Shown here: positions 29,566-45,072 of the stretch, piece after piece | How positions within the stretch are numbered: the first letter of the stretch is position 1 | Layout: each line of letters starts with the position of its first letter | Assembly: GCA_964016885.1 (NCBI GenBank) | Contig: OZ024762.1 | Location: 21,452,001 to 21,516,000, forward strand | Length of the DNA stretch: 64,000 bases | Reading direction: 5' to 3' | Source: Eledone cirrhosa | Taxonomy: Eukaryota | Translations under genes and position numbers: made by a program | The notes under the pieces: model-generated | Seen by the model: only the letters and a program-made list of their open reading frames with translations | What the model was told of the DNA's origin: nothing | Databases searched by the model: none

Positions 29566-29894
29566 AACACACATATATATATATATATATACACCCACCC
29601 ACACACGCACACACATATATACGCGCACACACAAACACATAGGTGTGGGTGTGTTTGTGAGTATACATATTTATATAAATACATAACACACGCATACACA
29701 CATTTTATATTTATGTGTGTGCGTGTTTGTTGTATATATACAAATATGTATACTCACAAACACACAATCACATATATATGCATCTGTGTGTACGTATATA
29801 TATGCATATATATATATGCATATATATATACATATATATAAACATATATATATATAAACATATATATATGTATATATACACATATATATGTATA

Positions 29895-29925
<31 letters not shown>

Positions 29926-29944
29926 GCATATATATATATATATG

Positions 29945-30026
<82 letters not shown>

Positions 30027-30221
30027 TATATACACATATATATATACATATATATTAATGAAAAAGAGCAAAGGAACTATTATGACATTATAACAAGTTT
30101 ATTGCCGACATATACATATATATATGCATATATATATATACATATATAGATATACTTACATATATATGCATATATATATATACATATATAGATATGCATA
30201 TATATATATATACATATATAG

Positions 30222-30257
<36 letters not shown>

Positions 30258-30649
30258 CCGCTACGACATAACGCTCTAAGAAGACAGCATCGCTGGCACT
30301 GTGCGATGCCTAAAGTTACTTTACACGTGAACGCTGAATAATCTTCTGAAACGTCGGCCATATTGCAGTTGTTGTTTCCTCTCAGTGGTTCCACTATTTT
30401 TCTTTTACTACTGGTGACTGACTATGTTTGCTTCCATGGAATATATGTTATATAGACAGACTACAATACACCACCCTCCTAATAACGATTCGGCAATACA
30501 AACTCATTAAACTCACCGAAGCGTCTTAATTTAATACATCTGAACAAAATGTCTATTATATTTTAAAGCTGCGGTATATTTCGTGTAAAACGTCGCGTCT
30601 GCAGGAAAAGATGAAGATAAAGAGATAGATGATAGAGAGGTAGATAGAT

Positions 30650-30867
30650 AGATTTCTGTTTATTTGCCACGAGGGCACAAAAGAAAGGGACATGTACATG
30701 GGGGGGGGGGGGGGGGGTTACATATAAATCGAGTAAGAAAAATGTAATAAATAAAATTGTAACAAGAAGGTCCTCAGTAGGGAGGGATCGTTTTGGGGTC
30801 ATACACACCCCAGAAAAAAAATGTGCGACCCTTCTCCACGGGAGCACAAAGAGAGGGTGCTCCCTTA
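30650..30867 (-). mobile_element. Tx1-type LINE 3'UTR-only insertion in (GATA)n
   Basis: Reverse complement aligns with 1250-1490 (aagggagcaccc..ggtggcaaataaa); GATA repeats on both sides. Confidence 0.8.
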
Positions 30868-31529
30868 GATAGATAGACAGACAGACAGACAGGTAGCTAG
30901 GGAAGACCGTATAGTTGGCAAGAACGAAAAGGTTAAAAGTTGAATTTCTTTTAGAAATTGAACCTGCTTATCAATCCCGAGTGATTTGTTGGGTTGGATA
31001 ATATTTGGCCGATTACTGTTCCAATTATTAGCATTTTATTTGTTCGCGTCAGTTGATTGAAATAGAATTATTAATCTGTAGTGACAGTTAGGTATGGACG
31101 TATTTCGGAAATCAAGTTGCTAATTTTCTCTATGGAATATTGCAGATAAAAAGGGGAATGCATCTAATTATGGATACTGAAGCTTAGCAACGAGTAATTT
31201 GGTATAATGTTAATCAGAATGATATCCGTATTAACACACAGTTTTACACTTTGGTTATCTTTCAAGGTATTAAAGGGACTCTATTAAGATAAAGCTGATT
31301 AGTAAAGGCGGAATGAAGTTAGCATTGAAAACTGAGTTAATTTCGTGTTATTAAACTCTTAAAATAGGTGAAAATATGGAAGAGAGCTTTGAAAATAGCA
31401 TTATTATTATTGTTATTATCATTGTTATTATGTGGCGACATTCCAACAGCAATGATAAAGAAAAGGAAATGGATTTCTTAATTATCTTGAACGAGGCATT
31501 CAATCAACGCGAACGTCCATTACCTGCGT

Positions 31530-31630
31530 GAAGGCACGTGGGTCAGTGGTTAGGGTGGGTGTTCGGCTCACGATCGCCAATTCGTGAGCTCGATTCCCAA
31601 CGGAATATTGCAATAGAATTGCGTCAAGAT
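31530..31630 (+). mobile_element. SINE family 2 head fragment
   Basis: gaaggcacgtgggtcagtggttagg..gagctcgattcc. Confidence 0.6.
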
Positions 31631-32154
31631 GTTTATGGTGCCGTGACAGTAGTCTAAATTTCACTGCTAAACAGATAAATATTACATAGTGTGGCGTCTC
31701 TCTCTTTATTTCTCTCTCGCTGTTTGTAAGAAGATCGAGAATTTTTCTTTTTCTGGTTAACTTAAAATATAAACAGCATGGTTTCATTTTTGTCTTTTAA
31801 ATTTCGATTTGTCTTCATTTGAAAAAATGTTGAAGATGCTGAAGGGATTTCTCCACCTACGTTAAATTCTCTTTAGTGTAATTCAGATGTCAACAATATC
31901 ATAAGAAATACAAAAGTTCATATGAACTGTGATTTATTTCAACCACCATACGTCCCATCGTTACTGTTGACGGCCGAATAGTAAATTTTAAAAAATCAAC
32001 TATTATCATAGAACATAACATGACATCAAAACTGTTCCGTCTCTTTTGTATTTTTATTTTATTTTTTTTTCATTTACGTATTATTCATTCATTTTCTCTG
32101 TACTAAAATAATAAAATGTCGTGGTGTGATGTGATGTAATCGGTTTGTTAGAAG

Positions 32155-32300
32155 ATAGAAGAAGAAGAAGAAGAAGAAGAAGAAGAAGAAGAAGAAGAAG
32201 AAGAAGAAGAAGAAGAAGAAGAAGAAGAAGAAGAAGAAGAAGAAGAAGAAAGAGGAGGAGGAGGAGGAGAAGAAGAAGAAGGGAGAGAGAGAAGAAGAAG
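32155..32300. repeat. (GAA)n/(GAG)n microsatellite
   Basis: Direct reading. Confidence 0.97.
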
Positions 32301-32559
32301 ACAAAACGAGAAGACAGATGAGAGAAAGGATAAAAGACAGAAAAAAAACAGTGGAAGAATTACTTTCCAAAATGAAAGGCTCAGCAAATTAATCTGTTAC
32401 AAGAAACCCTATAACTTTGATCCCATACGATATTAAGCAGAAACCTGTGACATAACGTCTTCAATGATAAATAATAGGCATAATTTATCATTTTCTCTTT
32501 GTTCCTTTACACAATATGTTTTACACAGAATTAACACTAGAAAATGGATGAGTTTGTAT

Positions 32560-32900
32560 TAGTGGGTTGACAGAATGGTTAGAGCGTCGGACAAAATGTT
32601 ATGCGGTGTACAGCTTCGAGTTTCTAAGTTCTGAGTTCAAAAACTATCGAGCTCAACTTTGTCTTTCGTTATTCCAGCGTTGATAAAATAAAATAGTAGC
32701 AGTAAAGAATTGGGTTCGATATAATCGGCTGCTCTCTCCCCACAAAACTATTGGCCTTGTGACTAAATTTGAAACAATTATGTTTGTTAATATTTAGTTT
32801 CGTTTTTTTTTTACATTCTAAGTTGACGTCAACTTTGTCATCCCTTCCAGGTCGATTATAAAATAAAATACCAGTCATGTACTGGGATCGGTATAATTTA
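32560..32900 (+). mobile_element. Old SINE family 1 copies (one near full length plus a partial)
   Basis: ttctgagttcaaa..caactttgtc..gataaaataaa..ttggccttgtg. Confidence 0.65.
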
Positions 32901-33528
32901 CTTTCCTATCGCCCATAAAGTGTTAACATTGTTATAAATAGATATTATTGAAGCCATAATCAATATCTTTCAATATATGGAGGCTACGAAAGGATTATAA
33001 AACAAAATTTTAGCTGCTTCATATAAATCTTCTTTATACTTCATATGGTTCCCGTTGGTTCTTTATTTTATATCTCTCCGTTTATCTTGTTTTTATTTCT
33101 TAATGGTAAATGGTACTAGATTCCTCCCCTTGGCTCTATACGGACGATTAAATAGGTTAAATTTATAAATAAATCAATTAAATAAGCTAGTGTTTGCTTG
33201 ATAAATATTTTTGTTTTGTTCATTATGGATTATGCAAATATCTCATTGTTACTGAGTCATTTATGTTGCTGTATGGGTGTGTATATCTATCCACACCCCT
33301 CCCTATTGTACTCTTCATCTCTCCAATCTCCCTTTTATCCATACCACCATTAATTCCCCTCCCCTCCCCACCCCAGGGGAGGATAAAACAAGAACCAAAC
33401 TAATAACTCCGCATAAATCTCTACATTCGAAAATTTATCCTCAGAACTACTTTCACTCTTTGCCATATATATATATATATATATATAACATATATATATA
33501 TATATAACACATATATATATATATATAT

Positions 33529-33608
<80 letters not shown>

Positions 33609-33672
33609 TATATACACATATATAATCATATTTATATATATATATATATATGCACACATATATATATAATCA

Positions 33673-33740
<68 letters not shown>

Positions 33741-33963
33741 TATATGCCTATATATATACATACATCTCATGTTATTACATTGAGCTATTTAACTTACTGG
33801 TAATAAGGTAGTAATATATTACTGCCTATCACTATTTAGGGTTTATAAAAATATATATAACTACAAAAGGTTTTTGTATTTGCATAACCATAAATAGTAT
33901 ACTTAATACTATATATATATATATATTTGTATATTTGTATATATATGTATATGTATATAAGTA

Positions 33964-34002
<39 letters not shown>

Positions 34003-34036
34003 GTATATACATATATATACACATATATATATATAT

Positions 34037-34073
<37 letters not shown>

Positions 34074-34133
34074 TATATACATATATGTATATATTTGTAT
34101 ATATATATATATGTGCATATGTGCATATATATA

Positions 34134-34208
<75 letters not shown>

Positions 34209-34634
34209 CTGTGTGTACGTGCGTCCGTGTGTGTCTGTTTGTATGCATTCTATGTATGTACACACATAAAAGATATATTCAGTTTAAATCTATTATTTTC
34301 TCCAATGCACAAGATATACTGGAGACTCAGTGTCTGCGAGTGAGAAGAAATCTGCCTTCTAAATGAAGTAGAGATAGATGTTTGATAGATCCAAGGGGAG
34401 TTAATCAACAGTTGTTAATTCCCATTCTGCTGATGTATGAGCTAACATATAAAATATCAAAGGAGTTTGTTGAAATAAAATGCATGTGTGTGTATGCATA
34501 TATATATATATACATATATATATATATGCAATTATGTGAGTAAATATGCACGCCACGCGCAAACACATACGCACATACATACATACATACTTATATATGT
34601 ATATATATATATATGTATGTATATATACACACAT

Positions 34635-34715
<81 letters not shown>

Positions 34716-34869
34716 TATATACGTATATATATGTATATACACATACATATATATGTATATGTATATATATATATTTATATATATATATACACATACATAT
34801 ATATGTATATGTATATATACACACACATATATATATACTATATATATATATATACATATATACATATAC

Positions 34870-34901
<32 letters not shown>

Positions 34902-34904
34902 GTA

Positions 34905-34938
<34 letters not shown>

Positions 34939-34988
34939 GACAGATAGATACATACACATACATATATATGTATATGTATATGTATATA

Positions 34989-35062
<74 letters not shown>

Positions 35063-36019
35063 TATATATAAATATATATATCTGTGTGTGTGTGTACTAA
35101 AATTACTAAAATCTAGAATCTTATTTCAAGTGTTGAACCAAAACAATATGGAAGTTGACTAGCTTCTTTTTAAATGAAAACCTATAAAGTTAAACACTTT
35201 TCATTTCAATTCTTGTAACAAAATTTAGCACACTAAATTACGTCACCAATACAGACACACACATAATTATCATAGTGTTAAGTAACTCTCAGGAGATCTG
35301 GATAGCAGAATGTCTTCAGAGCAGAATCCCCTCACAGCAGAATCCCCTCACAAAGCAGTATTTCGGTCCTTAATATACAACCTAGGAATACAGAAAATTA
35401 TAACAGTGTCACGGGTAATATTATAAATATACCATTTTATTATATCATTATCATGTTACATTGGAAATATAACATGATAATACAATACGGTATTATCATG
35501 TATAACCACATACAGAAACACAATTACACGCAGCTACTCATAAACACACCCGCATACGCAGACACAATTACACGCAAGCACACATAAACACACACATATA
35601 CAAGTCCACAAGCCCACACAGACTCGCACGCACACGCACGCCCACACACAACACTCAACACACAAACATATACACACGCGCACAAAAAACTCCATAAACG
35701 AGACATGTTTTATTATTCGTCTTCAAATTAAAATATTTACGACCAGGTTCAATTCTAGAAAGTCAGCCATTACTGTTATGACGTCATAGGTCATTATATT
35801 TTTCATATAGAGTTTCTATTGCTATCAGTCATTAAACTGCGTCCATGCTGGGGCATGGTCATGGTATCAGCCCCCAGTATTTTCTTTATTATATGTTTAG
35901 TAATTATTCTATCGATCTTTATTGTTTATTTTTTTTTATTTTATTTCTTTGCCGACCGATAAACTAGGAGACATATACATTAATGCAGACTCAGACACAA
36001 ACGTAAACATTAATGCAGA

Positions 36020-36345
36020 CTCAGACACAACGAGATAATAAAGCATGGCCTGGACATCGCAGGCTTCCCTTCGTGGCTCGAGCCAGCGGAGCTGGACCGA
36101 GGGGACGGCAAAACGCCAGGCGGCATTACAATCTTCTCGATCCGTGGAGGTAGACCCCTCATCTGGGAGGCCACACGTTGTGACACTTACTCTAGTGGCA
36201 ACCTGGTGCGTTCGGTTGCCAGCTCTGGTTTTGCTGCCCGCTAACCTGAATAGAGGACGAACTGTCCAAGTATCGGTCGCTCTCTGATAATTTTGAGGTA
36301 CAGCCTGTAGCAATGGAGACTTTCGGTGTTCTTGGCCGCTCCCTC
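36020..36345 (+). pseudogene. CRE-clade non-LTR retrotransposon restriction-like endonuclease relic
   Basis: LRHNEIIKHGLDIAGFPSWLEPAELDRGDGKTPGGITIFSIRGGRPLIWEATRCDTY..GFAAR*, then after a frameshift KYRSLSDNFEVQPVAMETFGVLG, matching EP.GL.R.DGKRPDG..WD.T..DT..KY..P.A.ET.G..G. Confidence 0.85.
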
Positions 36346-36459
36346 CGGACCACATCACTGCCCACTGCTATTAGAGCGGAGTTGGCTGTCCGCGAGTGCG
36401 TGCCCTAAAGTAAAGAAACGCCCACCGACACACACCGAAAAAAAAAAACGTAAACAACC

Positions 36460-37205
36460 ACAAACACTCACCCACAAACACTCACCGAGAGACACTCACC
36501 CACAGACACTTACCTACAGACACTCACCCACAGACTTCTCCACAAACACTCACCCACAGACTTCTTCACGAACACTCACCCACAGACACTCACCCACAAA
36601 CACTCACCGACAGACACTCACCCACAGACACTTACCTACAGACACTCACCCACAGACTTCTCCACAAACACTCACCCACAGACTTCTTCACGAACACTCA
36701 CCCACAGACTTCTCCACAAACACTCACCCACAGACTTCTTCACGAACACTCACCCACAGACTTCTCCACAAACACTCACCGACAAACACTCACCCACAGA
36801 CACTTACCTACAGACACTCACCCACAGACTTCTCCACAAACACTCACCCACAGACTTCTCCACGAACACTCACCCACAGACTTCTCCACAAACACTCACC
36901 GACAGACACTCACCCACAGACACTTACCTACAGACACTCACCCACAGACTTCTCCACAAACACTCACCCACAGACTTCTTCACGAACACTCACCCACAGA
37001 CACTCACCCACAAACACTCACCGACAGACACTCACCCACAGACATTTACCTACAGACACTCACCCACAGACTTCTCCACAAACACTCACCCACAGACTTC
37101 TTCACGAACACTCACCCACAGACACTCACCCACAAACACTCACCGACAGACACTCACCCACAAACACTCCCACAGGGGCACTACCCCACACCTACTCACC
37201 CACAG
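36460..37205. repeat. Complex minisatellite of 12-14-bp monomers (cactcacccacaga / cttctccacaaa / cttcttcacgaa)
   Basis: Direct reading; higher-order blocks recur; explains ORF 36326-37396. Confidence 0.92.
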
Positions 37206-38474
37206 TAACCCACCCACATCCACTCACCCTCAAACACACCCAATTCTACTCTGAATGTAATATTATTCTGCCAGAACAATTCGATAAAATGTCTTTCATA
37301 ATTATTATTTCCGCTGATTTCATTAGACTTAAATTCTATGAAACTGTATTGGAAAAAATAAAGTTAAAAGTTTTCTTCTGGTTTTGGTTTAAATAAATGA
37401 ATTTGATTTGAGTATTAGTCTGAAAATATATATACACGTATGTATGTATGTTGGTATGTATGGATGTATGTTGATATGTATGTATGTATGTTGGTATGTA
37501 TGTATGTGTGTTGGTATGTATGTATGTGTGTTGGTATGTATATATGTATGTTGGTATGTATGTATGTGTGTTGGTATCTATATATGTATGTTGGTATGTA
37601 TATATATATGTATGTATGTTGGTATGTATGTATATATGTATGTATGTTGGTATGTTTTCTCTTTCTCTTAATTTCGAGTATATTTTTTTGACCGGCCACC
37701 TTCCTGGTGGCAAGGTTGTAAAAGAAAAGAAATTGTCATCCCTTGAATCGCAAGAATGTTTTGCAATGTAAGTGTGTAAGTGTGTGTGTATGTATGAATG
37801 TATTTATGTATGTAAGTGTGTGTATGAGTGTATGCATGTGTGTACGTGTGTATGTATGTGTGCGTGCATGCGTGAGTAGGTATGTATGTGTGTATGTATA
37901 TATGTATGTGTATGTATGTATGTATGTGTGTGTGTATGTAGATATATATCTATGTGTGTATGTATGCATGAAAATATGTTTGTATATATGTATGTGTGTA
38001 TGTGTATGTATGTGTGTATATATATATGTATGTATGAATGTATATGTGCATGTATGTATGAATGTATATGTGCATGTATGTATGTTCTTCTGGTGTTATA
38101 ATTTCATTTTATAATTTCACAAATTTTTATCAATAGAGAGAGAGTCGGTTTCTAACATAGACACAAGACTCTCTCATTGGAATTTACACATCAACTAGGT
38201 AGATATGTATGTCTGCATGTATTGATGTTATTGTATGTGTGGAGGTGTATGTTTTGAGTTATATGTGTACATGTTCATATGTATGTATGTAAGTATGCGT
38301 GTCTAAATGTTTGTATGCATGTATGTATGCATGTATACATGTATGTATGCATGTATGTGAGTGTGTGTCTGTCTGTATGTATGTTTGTGAGTGTGTGTCT
38401 GTTTGTATGTATGTCTGTATATATGTATGTACATATGTATGTATGTATGTATGTTTGCACGGGGACATAGAAAT

Positions 38475-39075
38475 AATCGGGCTGGATGCCCGATCGCGCA
38501 GTTAAACCACTGGGAGTGAAGGACCCCTAGCCCTTATCAGGGCATTCTTCTAGGAGAAGGCATCTCAGAAAACTGGGATAACTCCGACATAAACCTACGG
38601 CTCAGTAGTTACCAATGATGTTGATCTTTTCTTCTTTTCGGGTTATAGCTACTGTCGCTTAGAGAGTGGGATTGGCTCAGTGCACAGTCTTCTTTCCTCA
38701 CTTTAAAAATATTCGTCACGCACAGGCATTGCACGAGTGCATTAATAATTATCAATAGGGTAGATTGGCCATACTCGATAACAAGGGGGCAGCCATCAAT
38801 TATGTATGTATGTATGTATATATGTATATATATGGAAACTAGGATAACTCCGACATAAACCTACGGCTCAGTAGTTACCGATGATGTTGATCTTTTCTTC
38901 TTTTCGGGTTATAGCTACTGTCGCTCAGAGAGTGGGATTCGATCAGTGCACAGTCTTTCCTCACTTTAAAATATTTTTTTACGCACAGGCATTGCACGAT
39001 AGAATTAACTAATAATTATTAATAAGGGTGTATCGTGCAATGGCCATACTCGATTACGAGGGGGCAGCCATCATG
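38475..39075 (+). mobile_element. Two tandem copies of a family-C-related element (second 5'-truncated)
   Basis: ggataactccgacataaacctacggctcagtagttacc..ggccatactcgat(a/t)ac(a/g)agggggcagccatc-(TATG)n twice; isolated 3' end also at 22900-22940. Confidence 0.75.
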
Positions 39076-39239
39076 TATGCATATATGTATGTATATATGT
39101 ATGTATGTATGCATGTATGTATGTGTATGTGTATGTGTGTGTGTATGTGTGTGTGCATTTATATAATTCACATTGACTGTTTCTTTGTTTTCATCTCCTG
39201 GATGATAGATGAGTCTTAAAAATGATGGTTAAGTGTCTG

Positions 39240-39294
<55 letters not shown>

Positions 39295-39434
39295 ATCTAT
39301 CCATCTCTCTGGTATAATGGCAACGCAGCTGTCCGGTACACGATTTCCATAGGCGGCTCTGTCCGCATTATTCTTTCTCTTGTGATTTACATTATAGCTA
39401 AACCTCCACTGTATCAGCCTCCAATAAGCTAACA

Positions 39435-39475
39435 TCTATATATAAATGTGAGCGCTTTCCGTCCGTCACGCAATG
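39435..39475 (+). mobile_element. Helitron-like 5' terminus
   Basis: a|TCTATATATAAAtgtgagcg..ccgtccgtcacgc. Confidence 0.4.
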
Positions 39476-40459
39476 TGTGTTTGTGTTAATGTATGTGTGT
39501 GTAAAAGGAAGGAGGGGGATGGTGAAAAATAGCAAAACAGTGACTGGCGCTCCATTTACTACGCTGTGTGTGAGTGTAAATGTGTATTTGTGTGAATGTA
39601 TGTGTGTTTGTGTGAATGTATGTGTGTTTGTGTGTATGTATGACTGTTAGTGTGTATTTATGCAAGAGTGTTTGTGTTTGCGCGTTTATATTTATATATA
39701 TATATATATACTCGGACATATAAATGTATGCATATGCATATACACACACGCACAAACATACAGGTTAGTGTGTTGCAAAAAAAGAAAAATTCTAGTACTT
39801 TCAAAATTCGAGAATTCGATCAAGAAAAGAAAGACCAGCGGAGGTATCAGACCAGATATGGCAGCAATATATTTCAAGTACAGTAAGAAAAACATTGACC
39901 AACGATGTATAATTTAATCTTTTGAGGTATTAATGGCACATTAGAGAAAATCAGCTGGAGAATTAATAATCTAAAGATCACACAGTTTCAGAAAATAAAA
40001 AGAAATTTCCTTCACACAACAAAATATATAAAGAATTTTCTCGTTTAAAGTAGTAAAATATAGTTTCATTTGATAATGGGAATTTCAAATACATAACTAT
40101 AGAGTATTGCTCTTGGTTAAGCAGAATCTTTAAATTTTACTTTAACCTGTCTTAAGAATGTCTTTGATGTTCGGCTAACTATTGTAGACACTCTCTGCAT
40201 GCTGGAGATAAGAAAATTATGACATAGTAACGAACCATCGTGGATAATTTATAATATAGTCGTATTCTTACAACTCGTAGTTTCCTGGTTAGCGTTCGAC
40301 TCATGATATCGCCAGCGTGTTGTGTCTTTCAATGAAACACTTTATTTATCATTACGACATTCTACGTGACTGCGTTAAAATGTGTTGTACTTGTAATTAA
40401 AGGGGCAGGACTTGCCACATACTGTATCATGCTGAATTGCCTTGAGAATTGACTTAAGG

Positions 40460-40656
40460 CAGATCTGCCAAGCTCTAAAAACCCAAACGAGGAATGCCAT
40501 GAAAAAAAAGGCTCCCAAAATTTGGGAGAAATGAGGCAACATGGAGAGATTTTACATAATGAAAGCTCTACACATTTTCACCAGAGATGACATCTCTCGT
40601 CCACCCCAAAGTGGGTGGGAGATCTTCCCGTCCGACGGAGATAGTTGACAGGTCTG
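40460..40656. mobile_element. 197-bp hAT-like MITE nested in an old SINE family 2 copy
   Basis: Imperfect TIRs cagatctgccaagct / agttgacaggtctg; direct repeat cttaagg at 40453-40459 and 40657-40663. Confidence 0.75.
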
Positions 40657-41394
40657 CTTAAGGGTACACAAAAACACAGAACCATCACTTGCAATCGAGT
40701 GAGATTTGATAGTATGTAACATGATTTCCTTCAGAGTTTTAGGAGTTCATACAATGGCGAACAAACACAGGCATCTTCTCGATCCTCCTTTCTTTGATCC
40801 AGTGGAACATTTAGGATGTAACAGCTGAAAGGAGAGTGAGCGCTGCACCAGCACTGGGCTGCTGCAGCCTTTATCATCCTCAAAAGTATGAAAAGAAACG
40901 TGGACCTCAGAGTTATTTGAATTCAGAACACAGAGACCCTGAGCTCTAACGATTCTTCGAAGTCGACCGCTCGGTAAAGGATACACGTGCTTGTGATATG
41001 CTCAGTTACTTGCACGTTAATTTCACGAGCAGGCTGTTTCCGTAGATCAAAAAACTGAAACAATCGTCGTCGGAACCGACGTAGGTCCAACACATTCTTA
41101 CACCTCAATCTGATAATCAATATCGGATAATCGATATCAGGTATTATCGTGATTTTTCTCATTTATATCGATGGTACATATTTAAACATCACTTTCAAAC
41201 ATCCATACTCATAAAAATAATGCAGTATGTATATTTATTTATTGAATAATTTGAGGAGAAAACGATTCGTCTGTGATTGCTCGATCTTGTCGTGATCGAA
41301 GTCAAGGAAATATTATATGCAATCGATATACTCATGTCATTGATTCATCGACTTTACAATACGATACTAAAAACAAGACACATATACGCATAAT

Positions 41395-42040
41395 CAATAT
41401 TCCCACAATTATATGCACCCTCCTCTACAACCTACGAGACCTGGAATGTCTGTAGTAGACATGCTAAAACAGTTCAACTATTTTTTTTATTCAAGTTGCC
41501 TCCACAGACTTCTCCACATAAAGTCGCAGGACAAAGACGAAGTCCCTGACTCGGAAGTCCTGAAACAGGTTCGAATCCATAGTATTTACACCCTCCTACA
41601 GAAGGCCCAGGTCAAATGGATTGATGTTGTCAGGATGTCTAACAACAGACCACCAAAATAGCTGCTGTATAGAGAGCTGAGCCAGGGTAAGCGCTCAGAC
41701 GGTGGACTGAAGAAATGTTTCGAAGACAGTCGAAACTTGTGCCTCAAAACCTCAAAATTAATCCCAGTAGCAGAGAATCATTAGCCCTGGAGCGCCCAAC
41801 CTACGTATCAAAATCATTTAAGGAGCATATGCAGCAAAAACTAGAAGCAATGTAGAGGCTCAGATGAAGTGTTTTGCATTGAAGGAACGAACCCCATTCA
41901 CTTCCATTGCAGCGCTTACCCATATGTATCCCTGATGCGAGTATGGCTTACGAGCCTGGACCGTACTCACCAGTCACATCCGAACCAACAACCATAGATT
42001 CTCTACCCAACATCAAAGGATCAACAGCCACAGAACAATC
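41395..42040 (+). pseudogene. RTE/BovB-type LINE 3' relic
   Basis: TLLY..CLHRLLHIKSQDK..VPDSEVLKQ..SIYTLLQKAQVKW..VVRMSNNRPPK*LLYRELSQGKRSDGGLKKCFEDS; many frameshifts. Confidence 0.85.
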
Positions 42041-42486
42041 AATTCTCCAGTGTTTAAAACAATTTAAAGGACGAGGAATAAGAGGAAGACAAATGAACAT
42101 GGCTGTCTAATGATCCTGTGAACACACCAAGAAAATTTCAGAGCAGACATGACATTCACTCGACCTTAATAAAACTAGTAAACTCTCTATGGTATTAATT
42201 ATTACGACCATCAATACTAAACGTGTATATATATATATATATATATATATACGGATTAACAGATAATAGTTAAATGCAGTCCACTTAGGTGAAGTCCAGT
42301 TATGGTATTCTGGTTATAATTCTGTTATATTCTGGTTATAATTCTGGTTATAATTCTGTATTGGCGATCGAGTAACGCAAAATTAAGCGGATAGCGATCT
42401 CTAGACATACCAGTTCAGTGAAACAAATGTAAGCTATGTGATTAAAAACTTTTTTGTATAGCAAACCATGTAAACCTTCTTTCCTG

Positions 42487-42569
<83 letters not shown>

Positions 42570-42673
42570 ATTCGTATGCATGTATATATGTGTGTGTTTA
42601 TGTATATGTGTATTCATACATACATACACACACATATATATATATACACACACATATATATGTATATACACAT

Positions 42674-42717
<44 letters not shown>

Positions 42718-42783
42718 TTATGTATATACACATGTGTATCTATCTCTATATATACATTTATATATATATATATATATATATGT

Positions 42784-42923
<140 letters not shown>

Positions 42924-42965
42924 GTATACGTATATATATATATATATATATATATATACGTATAC

Positions 42966-42997
<32 letters not shown>

Positions 42998-43003
42998 GTA
43001 TAC

Positions 43004-43042
<39 letters not shown>

Positions 43043-43394
43043 CACGTGTATATGGGCGTGTGAGTATGTCTGCGTTGTGTGTATGCACCTATGTAACTTT
43101 TGCTATTTACGGATGTTAACGTTTTTTCACTAAAGCAGACGATAAGTTCCGAGAATGTTCTCTTGGGTGATTTCTATTCAGTCTTGACGTAAAAAGGATT
43201 TAGAAATTATTCATGTATTGTGCGTTAATTTAGACAAACCGTTATATTTGACAGCTGGTTGCTTTGGGGGAAAAACTGTACCGTTGTTGAATGGCAACTC
43301 TTTAGAACTATTCATCTTTATTGTGTAAAATTTTGGAGAAATTTTGAAACGTTTCCAAACGTCGATGTTATCCATATCGTTATCCCGGATAATG

Positions 43395-43810
43395 GTAGCT
43401 TCTACTTTAGGCACAAGGCCAGCAGTTTTGTGGTCTGCGTGTGCATGTGTACAGTCGATTACATCGTTGACATTACTAGACTGGTATTTTATTTTATCGA
43501 CATCACTGCAAATTATGAAAAGCAAAGTTGAGGCTGGCTAAATTTGAACTGTAGTTTGGGGTGGAAATTGATGAGAGAGGCCCAGGGCATTCGTACATCC
43601 CACACCCGATAAATCCGGTGGCCCCCAACTAGAAATAATTCTAACAATGACCAACAGTTTGGTGGAAGGGGAAAAATGGATCATATTGACGCCAGTACGT
43701 GACTGGTATTTTATTTTATCGATGACTAAAGGATGGACGTAAGGGGCCACGAATAAATGTCAGCAAGGCGTTTTATCCGACAGTCCTGACGATTTTACTA
43801 ATCCTCCATT
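43395..43810 (-). mobile_element. Degenerate SINE family 1 pieces
   Basis: ggcacaaggccagca..ctggtattttattttatcga..atttgaact motifs twice. Confidence 0.6.
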
Positions 43811-44277
43811 TAGAAGAATAACCCCCTCCCCCCTCCCTGAAGAGGAGGGTAGGGCAGGAGAATGAGAGGACGAAAAAGAATACAAAACAAAACAGAAAAT
43901 GAAGGTAGAAAAGGATTAGGAGAAGAAGAGAGAAAATAAATGAGGTGACGAAGGAAGGAAAAAGAAAATAAGTAATTTTGAGATGATGAAAGTTGTCTGA
44001 TTCAGAATCACTTCACATGAAGCACCAAATAATTTTTCTTTTAAAACATATTAAAATAATAATTAAATAAATATATAAATAAAAACGTTCGTATATCGAT
44101 TTCCATTAAAAAAAAACATTTAAACGAGTGAAATTGTAATGTTTTAAATGTAATGGAGGATCGTTGGAAGTTTTCTAACTTGCTAGAGATCTAGGAATAA
44201 TATCTTCTTCTTTCCTCATTTGCTCAATTAATATATCTAATATCGGTTTTGTATCTGTTTTGATGATTTAATAGTCG

Positions 44278-44333
<56 letters not shown>

Positions 44334-44334
44334 T

Positions 44335-44398
<64 letters not shown>

Positions 44399-44451
44399 GT
44401 TGTAGTGCATATAATGTGTGTATACACTCAAACAAACAAACAAACAAACAA

Positions 44452-44514
<63 letters not shown>

Positions 44515-44564
44515 TATATAAGTGTATATAATGTGTGTATACACACAAACAAACACACACACAT

Positions 44565-44599
<35 letters not shown>

Positions 44600-44649
44600 A
44601 GTATATAAGTACATATAATGTGTGTATACACACAAACAAACAAACACAT

Positions 44650-44866
<217 letters not shown>

Positions 44867-45015
44867 TATATATATACATATATACATATACACATATATA
44901 TATAAGTATATATATATATATATATATATAAGTATATATATACATATATACATATACACATATATATATAAGTATATATATATATATATATATAAGTATG
45001 TATATACATATACAC

Positions 45016-45072
<57 letters not shown>

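Noticed and set aside
36326-37396. 356-aa mucin-like ORF
   Set aside because: Produced by the minisatellite, with the reading frame cycling through monomers
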